A DNA stretch of 64,000 bases from Thermodesulfovibrionales bacterium (GTDB taxonomy: Bacteria > Nitrospirota > Thermodesulfovibrionia > Thermodesulfovibrionales > SM23-35). The stretch lies in assembly GCA_963715195.1 (NCBI GenBank), contig CAVQRT010000014.1:20428-84427 (forward strand), written 5' to 3'. Positions 18,816-28,191 of the stretch are shown piece by piece. Position 1 is the stretch's first letter, and each line of letters starts with the position of its first letter. The translations under genes were made by a program, and so were the position numbers. The notes under the pieces were generated by a model, which saw nothing but the letters and a program-made list of their open reading frames with translations, ran no database searches and was not told where the DNA came from.

Positions 18816-19751
18816 TTACGGAGAACCGTTGGTTGAGCCGAATACCAGCCCTGCAGCCCCGATAATCCCGGCGTCATCTTTGAGATGCGACGGAATAATC
18901 CTTACCCTGTCAAAGAGTTCCCTGAATGCCTTCTTTGAAGCCTCTTTTATTGCTTCCTGGACATAGATGTCCCATGCACCTACCAGACCTCCGGCGAGGA
19001 TGACTGCCTCAGGGCTCATCAGGTTAATCATGGTCGCGATACCGATTCCGAGGTATCTGCCGGCGTTTTTCAGGAGTTCTCTCGCAAGGTTGTCACCGTC
19101 GAACGCCGCCCGATAGATATCTTCCGTTGTGAGTTTGTAGAAATTCCCGCCGCAATACTCCCCCAGGATGCTCTCTCTGCCTGATTCAAGAGCAGAGCTG
19201 GCCCGGGAGAGGATGGCCCTCGCCGAAGCATACAATTCAAGACAGCCATAATTGCCACAGCTGCACTTTTCCCCGTCTGCGTGAATGCTCATGTGACCGA
19301 TCTCAGCTGCAATGCGAAGCAATTTTTTGTCATATACTATGCCACCGCCTATTCCTGTCCCGAGGGTTAAAAGAACGAAATTTCCGAGACCTTTCCCGGC
19401 ACCGGCCCAGAGCTCACCGAATGCAGCGACATTTGCATCATTCTCAATCAATACCGGTATTCTGAATTTCTCCTCTGCTGCACGAACGATATCAATGTTT
19501 TCCACCGCATGCAGATTCGGAGAAATAACTACTCTCCTCTCCTCCCTGCTGATCAGGCCGGCTACGCCAAGCCCGATTCCGGCAACTTCTTCGGAAAAGA
19601 GTTTCCCGGTTCCATCGAGAATGGTTTCAAGGAGTCCTTCCTGGGTTGGTTCTTTTATTTTTTGTACAATTTCCCCGTGACGGGAAACAAGGGCAATCCG
19701 CAGGTTCGTTCCTCCAAGGTCAATCCCTATTGCATATTTTTTCTCTATCAT
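18816..19751 (-). CDS. ROK family glucokinase
   Basis: GIDLGGTNLRIA ATP-binding motif and ROK zinc motif CSCGNYGCLE. I prefer the start at ATG 19751 (MIEKKYAIGIDLGG), which forms an ATGA overlap with the upstream ferredoxin stop. Confidence 0.85.
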   Translation of the reverse strand: MIEKKYAIGIDLGGTNLRIALVSRHGEIVQKIKEPTQEGLLETILDGTGKLFSEEVAGIGLGVAGLISREERRVVISPNLHAVENIDIVRAAEEKFRIPVLIENDANVAAFGELWAGAGKGLGNFVLLTLGTGIGGGIVYDKKLLRIAAEIGHMSIHADGEKCSCGNYGCLELYASARAILSRASSALESGRESILGEYCGGNFYKLTTEDIYRAAFDGDNLARELLKNAGRYLGIGIATMINLMSPEAVILAGGLVGAWDIYVQEAIKEASKKAFRELFDRVRIIPSHLKDDAGIIGAAGLVFGSTNGSP

Positions 19752-19963
19752 TCTTCTTCCCTGAATACCTCTATCGCAATCTCCGGACACATCCGGGCAC
19801 ACATGGCACACCCGGTGCACCGGTCAGGATGTTCAGCTGAAGCCGGGAAAACACCCCTCTTATTGAATCTCTCATCAATCACAATGATACCCAAAGGACA
19901 CGCATCGACACAATATGCACATCCCTTGCACAGTTCCTTATCGATGAGAATCATCCCTTTCAT
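19748..19963 (-). CDS. small 2x[4Fe-4S] ferredoxin
   Basis: 71 aa with two CxxCxxCxxxCP motifs (CKGCAYCVDACP, CTGCAMCARMCP). Confidence 0.85.
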   Translation of the reverse strand: MKGMILIDKELCKGCAYCVDACPLGIIVIDERFNKRGVFPASAEHPDRCTGCAMCARMCPEIAIEVFREEE

Positions 19964-19994
19964 TCTTCTTTGTGTCAGTGGTTATCTAACCCGT

Positions 19995-21638
19995 TTACGC
20001 AGCACTTTCGATTAATTCTTTTGCATGTTTCAGGGAGATATCCGTTATTTTACCGCTTAACATGCGGGCTATCTCATTCAGTCGCTTGCTGCCGGCAAGC
20101 TCTTCTACCCTGACGCACATCCGCTCATGGTTCTGCTGTTTATCGACCCTGAGATGGACGTCCCCTTTTGAAGCTATCTGAGGAAGATGCGTAGTACAGA
20201 GCACCTGGTGCTTCCCTGCAAGGTCCCTGAGTTTCTTCCCGACGATTTCTGCTGTCTTGCCTCCGATGCCTGAATCAATTTCGTCAAAGATGAGAACCGG
20301 CATGCTGTCGAAGTCAGCAAAAACGGTCTTCAGGGCCAGCATGATCCTTGAGAGTTCGCCGCCGGAAGCGATCTTTGCCAGCGGTTTCGGCGGTTCGCCG
20401 GCATTTGCTGAAAACAGAAATTCAATCCTGTCGATGCCGTGGGGAGAAATCTCTTCCCGGCGCATTTCTATGAGGAATTCCGCACTGCCGAACGCGAGTT
20501 CTTTCAGCTCCTTTGAGACGAGTCTTTCCATCCCCAGGGCGGCATCTTTCCTCTTCGCTGAGAGAGCAGCTGCTGCCTGCACAAGCAATGCTTCTTTCAT
20601 GATAAGCTCGCTCTCGAGGGCAGCTTTCTGCTCATCAACACTCTCGAGGGCATTCATTTCTGCATCGGCATTGTCTCTGTACCGGTGAATCGCTTCAGTG
20701 CCCTCTCCATATTTTTTCCCGAGCTTTCGGATTAACGCCAACCGCTCCTCGATACTGTCGAGACTTCCGGGTTCAAATTCATATCTTCCTTTGTATCCCC
20801 TGAGGGAAACCGCGGCATCATCAAGCAGGGGCGAAGCCGATTCGAGGACGCTCTGCACTTCGGATGCGTGATGATCTATTTCAGCCATCTCCCGGAGCTT
20901 CTTCAGCAGCGCTGAAAGCTTCGCAACGCAGGAGTCATCTGCAGCGTACAGGAGCTCATAGGCTGAGTCGGAAAGCTCTTTCAGCCTGCCAAGATTGGAG
21001 ACGATCGTCTTTTGTTCGCTGAGATACTCATATTCACCAGCCTTGAGAGCAGCGGAATCGATCTCATGAATCTGAAATTTCAGCATGTCAATTCTGTCAG
21101 CACGCTCCTGAATCCTCTCCTGTAATCCGGCAACTTCCTTTCTCAACCCCTCAACTTCCCGGTAAAGCCTTTCAATACCAGCCTGTTCTTCCCGAAGCCT
21201 GCCGAAGAGGTCAAGAAACGCTCTCTGCTTATCAACGGACAAAAGACTCTGATGCTCGTGCTGCCCGTGAATATCAACAAGGGTTTTCCCAATTTCTGCC
21301 AGGCTTTGGGTGCTCACCATGGTATCGTTTATGTACGCCCTGCTCTTGCCCGAAGCAAAAATTGTTCTCCTGAGAATGAGGCCTTCGGTCATGTCGACCC
21401 CGATGTCCGGGAGATTCCGAACCCCTTCAGGCTCAAAGTATGCCTGGACATGCGCTTCTTTTTCTCCTGATCGCATGAAATCGGACTGTATCCTGCTGCC
21501 GAGGGCAAGCCCAAGGGAATCGACGATAATTGATTTCCCTGCGCCGGTCTCACCGGTCAGTACATTGAATCCTCTGCCAAACGTGACTTTCAGGTCATCG
21601 ATAATCGCGAGATTCTTTATCCTGAGTTCCTTTAACAT
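19995..21638 (-). CDS. recN: DNA repair protein RecN
   Basis: 547 aa, with N-terminal Walker A (LTGETGAGKS), a long coiled-coil middle, and a C-terminal ..ASGGELSR.. signature plus Walker B (LIFDEIDSGIGG). Confidence 0.95.
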   Translation of the reverse strand: MLKELRIKNLAIIDDLKVTFGRGFNVLTGETGAGKSIIVDSLGLALGSRIQSDFMRSGEKEAHVQAYFEPEGVRNLPDIGVDMTEGLILRRTIFASGKSRAYINDTMVSTQSLAEIGKTLVDIHGQHEHQSLLSVDKQRAFLDLFGRLREEQAGIERLYREVEGLRKEVAGLQERIQERADRIDMLKFQIHEIDSAALKAGEYEYLSEQKTIVSNLGRLKELSDSAYELLYAADDSCVAKLSALLKKLREMAEIDHHASEVQSVLESASPLLDDAAVSLRGYKGRYEFEPGSLDSIEERLALIRKLGKKYGEGTEAIHRYRDNADAEMNALESVDEQKAALESELIMKEALLVQAAAALSAKRKDAALGMERLVSKELKELAFGSAEFLIEMRREEISPHGIDRIEFLFSANAGEPPKPLAKIASGGELSRIMLALKTVFADFDSMPVLIFDEIDSGIGGKTAEIVGKKLRDLAGKHQVLCTTHLPQIASKGDVHLRVDKQQNHERMCVRVEELAGSKRLNEIARMLSGKITDISLKHAKELIESAA

Positions 21639-21735
21639 TCATTTCTTTCTCCAGATAACTGCCTATGAATCAAAAAAATACAATGACTTATTCAGAGGGA
21701 ATGAAGATCATTGGGAAATAGGTTGCCATCTATTA

Positions 21736-22014
21736 TCAGTACCGGATACTGAAGCCGGTCTCCTCACCCGTATAGGACTCCCATTTCACATCGATGTTGG
21801 AAACCCGTGCTCCCGGAGGTCCTGCATGGCATTGCTGAATTGCCTGCTGAATCAGCTTTTTCTGGCCCTCGAAAACAGCCTCGACCCTTCCGTCTCTGAG
21901 ATTTTTTACCCAGCCGTTCAATCCCAGGGCATGCGCCACCTCTCTGGTAAAGCCCCTGTAAAAAACACCCTGCACCCTTCCATCAATAAACAGATGAGCC
22001 TTTGCCTCTTCCAT
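21736..22014 (-). CDS. acyP: acylphosphatase
   Basis: 92 aa, with the VQGVFYRGFT and GWVKNLRDGRVE motifs. Confidence 0.85.
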   Translation of the reverse strand: MEEAKAHLFIDGRVQGVFYRGFTREVAHALGLNGWVKNLRDGRVEAVFEGQKKLIQQAIQQCHAGPPGARVSNIDVKWESYTGEETGFSIRY

Positions 22015-22044
22015 ATCGTGAAATTATAGCATAATTTTGAAGTG

Positions 22045-22806
22045 TTACTCTCCAAGGTAAGCCCTCCGTACCTGCTCATCGCTCAGGAGATCGTTACTGG
22101 TTCCTTCAAGGGCGACCCGGCCGCTTTCAAGGACATAGCCCCTGTCCGAAAGCTTCATAGCAGCACGTGCATTCTGCTCAACGAGGAGTACCGTGACTCC
22201 CTCGCGGTTAATTTCCCTGATGATCTTGAAAATCCTGCCTGCGACGATCGGGGCGAGTCCGAGAGACGGTTCATCAAGGAGCAGAAGTTTTGGCCTGGAC
22301 ATGAGAGCCCTGCCTATGGCGAGCATCTGCTGTTCACCACCACTCAGAGTTCCCCCTAACTGCTTCTGTCTGTCTTTGAGTACAGGGAACAGTTCATAGA
22401 TTTTTTCACATTGGGATTTCGGGAGCTGATGGTTCGTTCCTGGTTCCCTGAAACCTGATAACCGTCCTCTGCTCAGGGAATACGCTCCCATCTCAAGATT
22501 CTCTTTTACCGTGAGCTTCGGGAAAATCCTCCTTCCTTCTGGAACCTGACTGATACCCATTTTGACGATGTCGTGCGGAGGAATTCCGGCAATGCTTCTC
22601 TCTTTGAAAACAATGTTCCCGGAACGGGGTTTCAGAACGCCGGATATCGTCATGAGAGCGGTGGATTTCCCGGCCCCGTTGTTCCCGATGATGCAGACAA
22701 TTTCACCCTCTCCGATCTCGATATTCACCCCTTTTAAGGCTTCAACCTGGCCGTAGAATGTGTGGATATGTTCAAGCTTCAGCAAGTCTGGCGCCCCCTT
22801 AGTCAA
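22045..22806 (-). CDS. livF: branched-chain amino acid ABC transporter ATP-binding protein (LivF type)
   Basis: Walker A GNNGAGKST, signature LSGGEQQML, Walker B LLLDEPS. It overlaps livG by 4 nt. Confidence 0.85.
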   Translation of the reverse strand: MTKGAPDLLKLEHIHTFYGQVEALKGVNIEIGEGEIVCIIGNNGAGKSTALMTISGVLKPRSGNIVFKERSIAGIPPHDIVKMGISQVPEGRRIFPKLTVKENLEMGAYSLSRGRLSGFREPGTNHQLPKSQCEKIYELFPVLKDRQKQLGGTLSGGEQQMLAIGRALMSRPKLLLLDEPSLGLAPIVAGRIFKIIREINREGVTVLLVEQNARAAMKLSDRGYVLESGRVALEGTSNDLLSDEQVRRAYLGE

Positions 22807-23624
22807 TGTTCCTTCCCGAGATATGCCTCGATAACAACCGGATCTCTCCGAATATCGCCAGGAAGACCCTCTGCGATCTTAACCCCATGATTCAGAACGG
22901 CAATCCAGTCGGAAATCCCCATGACAACTTTCATGTCATGCTCGATAAGGAGGACGGTTTTGCCGAGTCTTTTTATGTCTGATATCAGATGCATGACTTC
23001 AGCGGTTTCCTGTGGGTTCATCCCGGCGGCAGGTTCGTCGAGTAAGAGCAATACCGGGTCTGTAGCCAGAGCTCTCGCTATCTCGAGCCTTCTCTGGGCA
23101 CCGTACGGGAGACTCCCCGAAATGCCGTGGACATGATCTGCCAACCCGACAAACGAAAGGTATTCAAACGCCTTTTCTCTCACCTCACGCTCTTCGCTTT
23201 GAAATTTCTTCCATCTGGTGATCGCACCCAATAATCCTGACCGGGTTCTGGCATGCTGGGCTACCATGACATTTTCCAGAACTGACATTTCTTTGAAGAG
23301 CCTGATGTTCTGGAAAGTCCTTGATATCCCCTGTCTGACAATTTCATGAGGTGCATAAGAAGTGATCTCACGGTCAGAAAAACGGACATGTCCTTTGGTG
23401 GGGCGGGACAGCCCGGTCAGGCAATTGAATATGGTTGTTTTGCCTGCCCCATTCGGACCGATGACGCTCATGATAATGCCGCCTTTCACCCTGAGGTCGA
23501 GTTCTTCGACGGCTTTGATGCCGCCGAAATACATTGACAGCCCTCTAACTTCTAACAGATACACCCCTGCCTCCAAACAAACCTTGGGGTCTGAATACCA
23601 TGAGAAGGACGAGACCGGCACCAA
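22803..23624 (-). CDS. livG: branched-chain amino acid ABC transporter ATP-binding protein (LivG type)
   Basis: Walker A GPNGAGKTT, signature LPYGAQRRLEIARAL, Walker B LLLDEPAAG. The real start may be GTG 23564 (VYLLEVRGL), which reduces the overlap with livM. Confidence 0.85.
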   Translation of the reverse strand: MVPVSSFSWYSDPKVCLEAGVYLLEVRGLSMYFGGIKAVEELDLRVKGGIIMSVIGPNGAGKTTIFNCLTGLSRPTKGHVRFSDREITSYAPHEIVRQGISRTFQNIRLFKEMSVLENVMVAQHARTRSGLLGAITRWKKFQSEEREVREKAFEYLSFVGLADHVHGISGSLPYGAQRRLEIARALATDPVLLLLDEPAAGMNPQETAEVMHLISDIKRLGKTVLLIEHDMKVVMGISDWIAVLNHGVKIAEGLPGDIRRDPVVIEAYLGKEH

Positions 23625-24732
23625 GCGCGAGCATCCGGTAGAGCTGAATTTCCCTCAGCATTTCGGGCAATAAAACAAGAATGAACGCACCAAGGACAAC
23701 TCCCCGGATGCTGCCGAGCCCTCCGAGGATGACCATGCAGAGTATCAGGACTGATTCCATAAAGGTGAAGCTTTCCGGTGATACAAATCTCATCTTCGCC
23801 GCAAACACGGTTCCGGCAAGACCAGCCCAGAAGGCACCAAATGCGAATGCATAGAGTTTATAAACGGTGATATTGATGCCCATCATGGAGGACGCTATTT
23901 CATCTTCCCTTATTGCTACCCATGCCCTCCCGATTCTGGATGCGTAAACTCTCTTCGTGACGAAAAAAGTCAGAAGGACAAAGAACAGGACCAGATAATA
24001 AAAATACGATAATGTCTCCAACGACAGGGAGAGGATTTCCGGTACAGAAATTCCTGAAATGCCGTTCGGTCCTTTGGTGAGGCTATCCCAGTTGTTGAGG
24101 ATGAGCCTCGTTATTTCTCCGAACCCAAGCGTTACGATCGCGAGATAATCCCCCCGTAACCGCAAAGCCGGAACAGCAAGGAGAAAGCCGGCGATGGTTG
24201 AAAGCCCCACAGAAACGGGCAAAGCGGTCCAGAAACCGAGGCCGAATTTTGTATTCAGGAGGGCATAGGAATACGCACCGATAGCATAGAAGGCTACAAA
24301 ACCGAGGTTCAGAAGACCTGCAAAGCCTACCACAATGTTCAACCCAAGCGCGAGGATAATGTAGATGCCGACAAGCACGGTGATGTCGAGAAAGTAGTCC
24401 TCCAGAATGAGCGGCATGGCGAACAGGCAAAGCAGGCTCATGTATCGAATCGCGAAAATACTCTTGCGGGAGAAAAGGGCTCCTTCACTTAATCGACGGC
24501 CGAATATTCTTGCGGAGGATGCCAGGGTATTTTTGTACCGGGCGAGAAAACGCCATGAAAGGAGAACGGCTGAAACAATTACGAAGAAAAGAACTGCGGC
24601 CTTTATCCCTTTGAAGGGAAGAAAAAGGAAAGACAGCCATAAGGCAATGACAAGGGGTTTGAAAACCCTTCCGGTTTCCCCGGTGCGAAACGGTGGTAAA
24701 GCGGGATTATCATCCGTATATCTCTTAAGCAT
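23545..24732 (-). CDS. livM: branched-chain amino acid ABC transporter permease (LivM type)
   Basis: 395-aa polytopic membrane protein with a LivM-like N-terminal extension and the conserved ..GLNIVVGFAGLLNLGFVAFYAIGAY.. block. Confidence 0.8.
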   Translation of the reverse strand: MLKRYTDDNPALPPFRTGETGRVFKPLVIALWLSFLFLPFKGIKAAVLFFVIVSAVLLSWRFLARYKNTLASSARIFGRRLSEGALFSRKSIFAIRYMSLLCLFAMPLILEDYFLDITVLVGIYIILALGLNIVVGFAGLLNLGFVAFYAIGAYSYALLNTKFGLGFWTALPVSVGLSTIAGFLLAVPALRLRGDYLAIVTLGFGEITRLILNNWDSLTKGPNGISGISVPEILSLSLETLSYFYYLVLFFVLLTFFVTKRVYASRIGRAWVAIREDEIASSMMGINITVYKLYAFAFGAFWAGLAGTVFAAKMRFVSPESFTFMESVLILCMVILGGLGSIRGVVLGAFILVLLPEMLREIQLYRMLALGAGLVLLMVFRPQGLFGGRGVSVRS

Positions 24733-24773
24733 ATCCGTGTGGTTGAAACAGGCATACTCTTTTAATCATACAT

Positions 24774-25676
24774 TCAGACTTTTTCCAGTTCCGCTTTTCC
24801 GAAGAGGCCTCCCGGTTTTATGAGAAGGATGACGATCAGGATGATGAACGCGTAAGCGTCTTTATACTCACCGGAAATATAGCTGCCGCCCAGGCTCTCG
24901 ACAAGGCCCAGCAGAATTCCGCCCACCATGGCTCCCCTGATGCTGCCTATCCCGCCGAGGACAGCAGCGGTGAATGCTTTAATGCCTGCGATATAGCCGA
25001 TGAAATAGTTGACCAGTCCGTAGTACATGGCGACCATTAACCCCGCAACGGCCGCAAGCCCTGAGCCGATGATAAAGGTGACTGAAATGACGGTGTCGAT
25101 GTTTATGCCCAAAAGAGCGGCCATTGTCTTATCCTGTGCTACTGCCCTCATTGCCGTTCCTATCCTTGTTTTTCTCACAAAGAAACGGAGAATGATCATT
25201 AAAATGACTGATGTGAGGATTATGAAAAGCTGCAAAAAGGTCATTCTCACCGACAGGAACTGGAAACCGGAGGCCCCGAATATATGGGGGAAAACCTTAT
25301 CCGTTGCCCCCTGGGTGAGCATGACATAATTTTGGAGAAATATGGATACACCGATTGCACTGATAAGCGGACTGAGCCTGGAGGCGTTTCTGAGTGGTTT
25401 ATACGCTATTTTTTCTACGGTAAAACCATAGCTTGAACAGACGATAACCGAGAGGATGATGGTGAGCAGCAACGACAGCGGCAGATTCCAGGCTGTAAGA
25501 CCGATGGCAGTAAAAAAGGACAGGAATATTATGCCGAGGTAGGCGCCAAGCATGTAAATCTCGCCGTGGGCAAAATTAATGAGTTCTAGGATTCCGTATA
25601 CCATTGTATACCCGAGAGCAATAAGGGCATAGACACTGCCGAGAGTAAGGCCATTTATTAACTGCTGGAGAAACAT
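24774..25676 (-). CDS. livH: branched-chain amino acid ABC transporter permease (LivH type)
   Basis: 300 aa, with the typical LivH start MFLQQLINGLTLGSVYALIALGYTMVYG. Confidence 0.85.
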   Translation of the reverse strand: MFLQQLINGLTLGSVYALIALGYTMVYGILELINFAHGEIYMLGAYLGIIFLSFFTAIGLTAWNLPLSLLLTIILSVIVCSSYGFTVEKIAYKPLRNASRLSPLISAIGVSIFLQNYVMLTQGATDKVFPHIFGASGFQFLSVRMTFLQLFIILTSVILMIILRFFVRKTRIGTAMRAVAQDKTMAALLGINIDTVISVTFIIGSGLAAVAGLMVAMYYGLVNYFIGYIAGIKAFTAAVLGGIGSIRGAMVGGILLGLVESLGGSYISGEYKDAYAFIILIVILLIKPGGLFGKAELEKV

Positions 25677-25821
25677 GAGGCATTTTAACAGAAAAAATTC
25701 CGGAGAGCAAAAAAGAAGCCCGTTTCGGAAGAGAACTATCCCTGCAAAATTACCCTTGAAATAAAATTAAGCATTTGCTAACATAAATAAAACATGCCTT
25801 TTCAGGAAAGGAGGTGAAACA

Positions 25822-26184
25822 ATGCGAAAAATCATGGGGATTGTTATGGCATTCGTCCTTGTACTCTCTTTTTCGGGACTCGCTCCTGCAATTGATGATA
25901 AGCCTTCCGGTAACAAAACGCGGGTAAAAGCGAAACAGATCACGGGAGAAGTTACCGAAATCGATGTGAAAGCCCAAACGGTGAGTGTTCGGGGAAAGAA
26001 CGGCACTGTCTCTGTCGGACTAACCGATAAGACAAAGGTTACAATGAATAAAGAACCCAAAACCCTCTCGGATGTTCAGATTGGGGATCGAGTAACAGTA
26101 AAGTACAAGGATGCCGATGGCAGGCAGACGGCAAAAAGCATCGAGATCAAGTCAGCGTCCAAAAAACCGAACCTTCCGACGTAG
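25822..26184 (+). CDS. small secreted protein, function unknown
   Basis: 120 aa with a clear signal peptide (..LSFSGLAPA/ID) and a GGAGGTG SD. The mature part is Lys/Thr/Val-rich and beta-like. Confidence 0.6.
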   Translation: MRKIMGIVMAFVLVLSFSGLAPAIDDKPSGNKTRVKAKQITGEVTEIDVKAQTVSVRGKNGTVSVGLTDKTKVTMNKEPKTLSDVQIGDRVTVKYKDADGRQTAKSIEIKSASKKPNLPT

Positions 26185-26207
26185 CGGTTGGGAAATCATC
26201 CATGGAT

Positions 26208-26239
26208 CAATGGGCACTCAGGGCTCTGCGTGCCCATTG
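26208..26239 (+). terminator. 10-bp perfect hairpin after the small secreted protein gene
   Basis: CAATGGGCAC-12 nt-GTGCCCATTG, 24 nt after the stop. There is no clear U-tract, so it may be a stabiliser or Rho-dependent site rather than an intrinsic terminator. Confidence 0.4.
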
Positions 26240-26478
26240 AATCTGTATGCTCATCAACAAGAGCATCGTGAAAAAGCCGTATATTGTTCGATTGGACTTA
26301 TCGTTATCCATCCCAGGTAAAGTACTCACAATGTCCCTCAGGAACTTTTTTCTGAACCTATCCTTAAATAAAAAACTGATCGGAATGTTGCTCTCCCTCA
26401 TTAAAGGCCCGATCCATTAGGGCGCCTTCCTGCCCCTTTTCCTGTATAATAGTCCATTCATAATGACGGGAGGGTGTC

Positions 26479-27651
26479 TTGAAGAAAAAAATTTCGGTTG
26501 AGCTCGCTTCGAGAGTAAAACATCTGCCGCCTTATCTTTTCGCTTCTATTGATAAAATGAAGCAGCAGGCTTTACGAAAGGGGACGGATCTCATCGACCT
26601 GAGCATCGGCGATCCGGACATCCCGACTCCTTCACAAATCGTGCAGGCGATGAAGAAGGCTGTAGAAGACCCCCTGCATCACCGCTATCCTTCCTATGAA
26701 GGCATGCTCTCTTTCCGGCAGGCTGTTGCCAAATGGTATACGAGAAGATTTCATGTGAATATTGATCCCGGGAAAGAGGTATTGTCACTCATCGGATCAA
26801 AGGAAGGTATCGGCCATATCCCTCTGGCATTTGTCAATCCCGGCGATACGGTGCTCGTTCCGTCCCCGGGATATCCTGTCTATCCTGTCGGGACGCTCTT
26901 TGCCGGCGGGACGAGTTATTTTATGCCGCTCAGAGAGGAAAATAAATTCTTGCCGGATATTGACCGGATACCGAAAAATATTCTCAAGAAAGCAAAACTT
27001 ATCTTTCTGAATTATCCGAACAATCCGACTTCGGCTGCGGCGCCCCCTGATTTTTTCAAGGAGGTGATCAGGATTGCGCTTCAATATAACATCATCGTCT
27101 GCCACGATGCTTCATATACAGAAATTTATTACGATGAAAAACCGCTCAGCTTCATGCAGATACCGGGGGCGAAAGACGTGGGTATCGAATTCCACTCACT
27201 TTCCAAGACATACAACATGACAGGGTGGAGGATAGGTTTTGCTGTCGGCAATCGGGAAATACTCGGCGGTCTCGGGAAGATCAAGACAAACCTTGATTCC
27301 GGGGTATTCCAGGCTATTCAGGAGGCTGGTATCAGAGCGCTCGCGATGAGCCAGGAGGCCCTTGCTCCGATCAGAAAGACCTATCAGGAGAGGCTCAATA
27401 TTCTCTATAATGGCTTGACCAGGCTTGGTATGCAGCTCACGAAACCGAAAGCGACATTCTATCTCTGGGTAAAAGTGCCTCCCCGCTTCACGTCCATGCG
27501 ATTTGCAGCGCACCTTCTCGACAAGGCGGGGGTTCTTGCAACGCCGGGGAACGGATTTGGGGATGCGGGAGAGGGGTACATTCGGTTTGCATTGACTGCT
27601 CCGTCTCGCAGAATCAGGGAGGCGGTTGAAAGGATCAGCAGGATCCTCTGA
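26479..27651 (+). CDS. dapL: LL-diaminopimelate aminotransferase-type class I/II aminotransferase
   Basis: 390 aa with a TTG start after GGGAGGG. The N-terminal ..LPPYLFASIDKMK..IDLSIGDPDIPTP.. and PLP-lysine region SLSKTYNMTGWRIG resemble DapL. Confidence 0.7.
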   Translation: MKKKISVELASRVKHLPPYLFASIDKMKQQALRKGTDLIDLSIGDPDIPTPSQIVQAMKKAVEDPLHHRYPSYEGMLSFRQAVAKWYTRRFHVNIDPGKEVLSLIGSKEGIGHIPLAFVNPGDTVLVPSPGYPVYPVGTLFAGGTSYFMPLREENKFLPDIDRIPKNILKKAKLIFLNYPNNPTSAAAPPDFFKEVIRIALQYNIIVCHDASYTEIYYDEKPLSFMQIPGAKDVGIEFHSLSKTYNMTGWRIGFAVGNREILGGLGKIKTNLDSGVFQAIQEAGIRALAMSQEALAPIRKTYQERLNILYNGLTRLGMQLTKPKATFYLWVKVPPRFTSMRFAAHLLDKAGVLATPGNGFGDAGEGYIRFALTAPSRRIREAVERISRIL

Positions 27652-27699
27652 TCCTGACCAGTCCCCTGTGATCATCTGAGATACTTTTTTTGATGTAAA

Positions 27700-28191
27700 A
27701 TGGCAATTGTATACCTCAGTCTCGGGTCGAATCTCGGGGACCGGAAGAAAAATCTCGACAAGGCTATAGAACTCCTGAAGGAGCGGGGGATTTTTGTAAA
27801 AAAAAGATCTTCTCTCTACGAAACGGAACCATGGGGAAAGAGTAATCAGCCACTGTTTCTCAATATGGCGTTGGAAATAGAGACAGTACTCGAGCCCCAG
27901 GCCCTTTTAAACACACTGCAGAATGTGGAGGCCGAAGCAGGAAGGAAGAAATCTTATAAATGGGGTCCCCGCATCATAGATCTTGACATTCTTCTCTATA
28001 ACCATATCATATTAAATGAAGATGCTTTGAAGATCCCCCATCCTTTTATGCACGAGAGGGAGTATGTTTTGAAACCATTAGATGAGATTGCACCGGATGT
28101 CCTGCATCCTGTGCTGCACGTGCGCATCCATGAACTCTTTGTCCGATTGGGCTGGCAGTCAACGATGAACCATGGAATATCTGAATATTGA
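27700..28191 (+). CDS. folK: 2-amino-4-hydroxy-6-hydroxymethyldihydropteridine diphosphokinase
   Basis: Motifs YLSLGSNLGDR, ..YETEPWG.., ..GPRIIDLDILLY.. . Confidence 0.9.
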   Translation: MAIVYLSLGSNLGDRKKNLDKAIELLKERGIFVKKRSSLYETEPWGKSNQPLFLNMALEIETVLEPQALLNTLQNVEAEAGRKKSYKWGPRIIDLDILLYNHIILNEDALKIPHPFMHEREYVLKPLDEIAPDVLHPVLHVRIHELFVRLGWQSTMNHGISEY

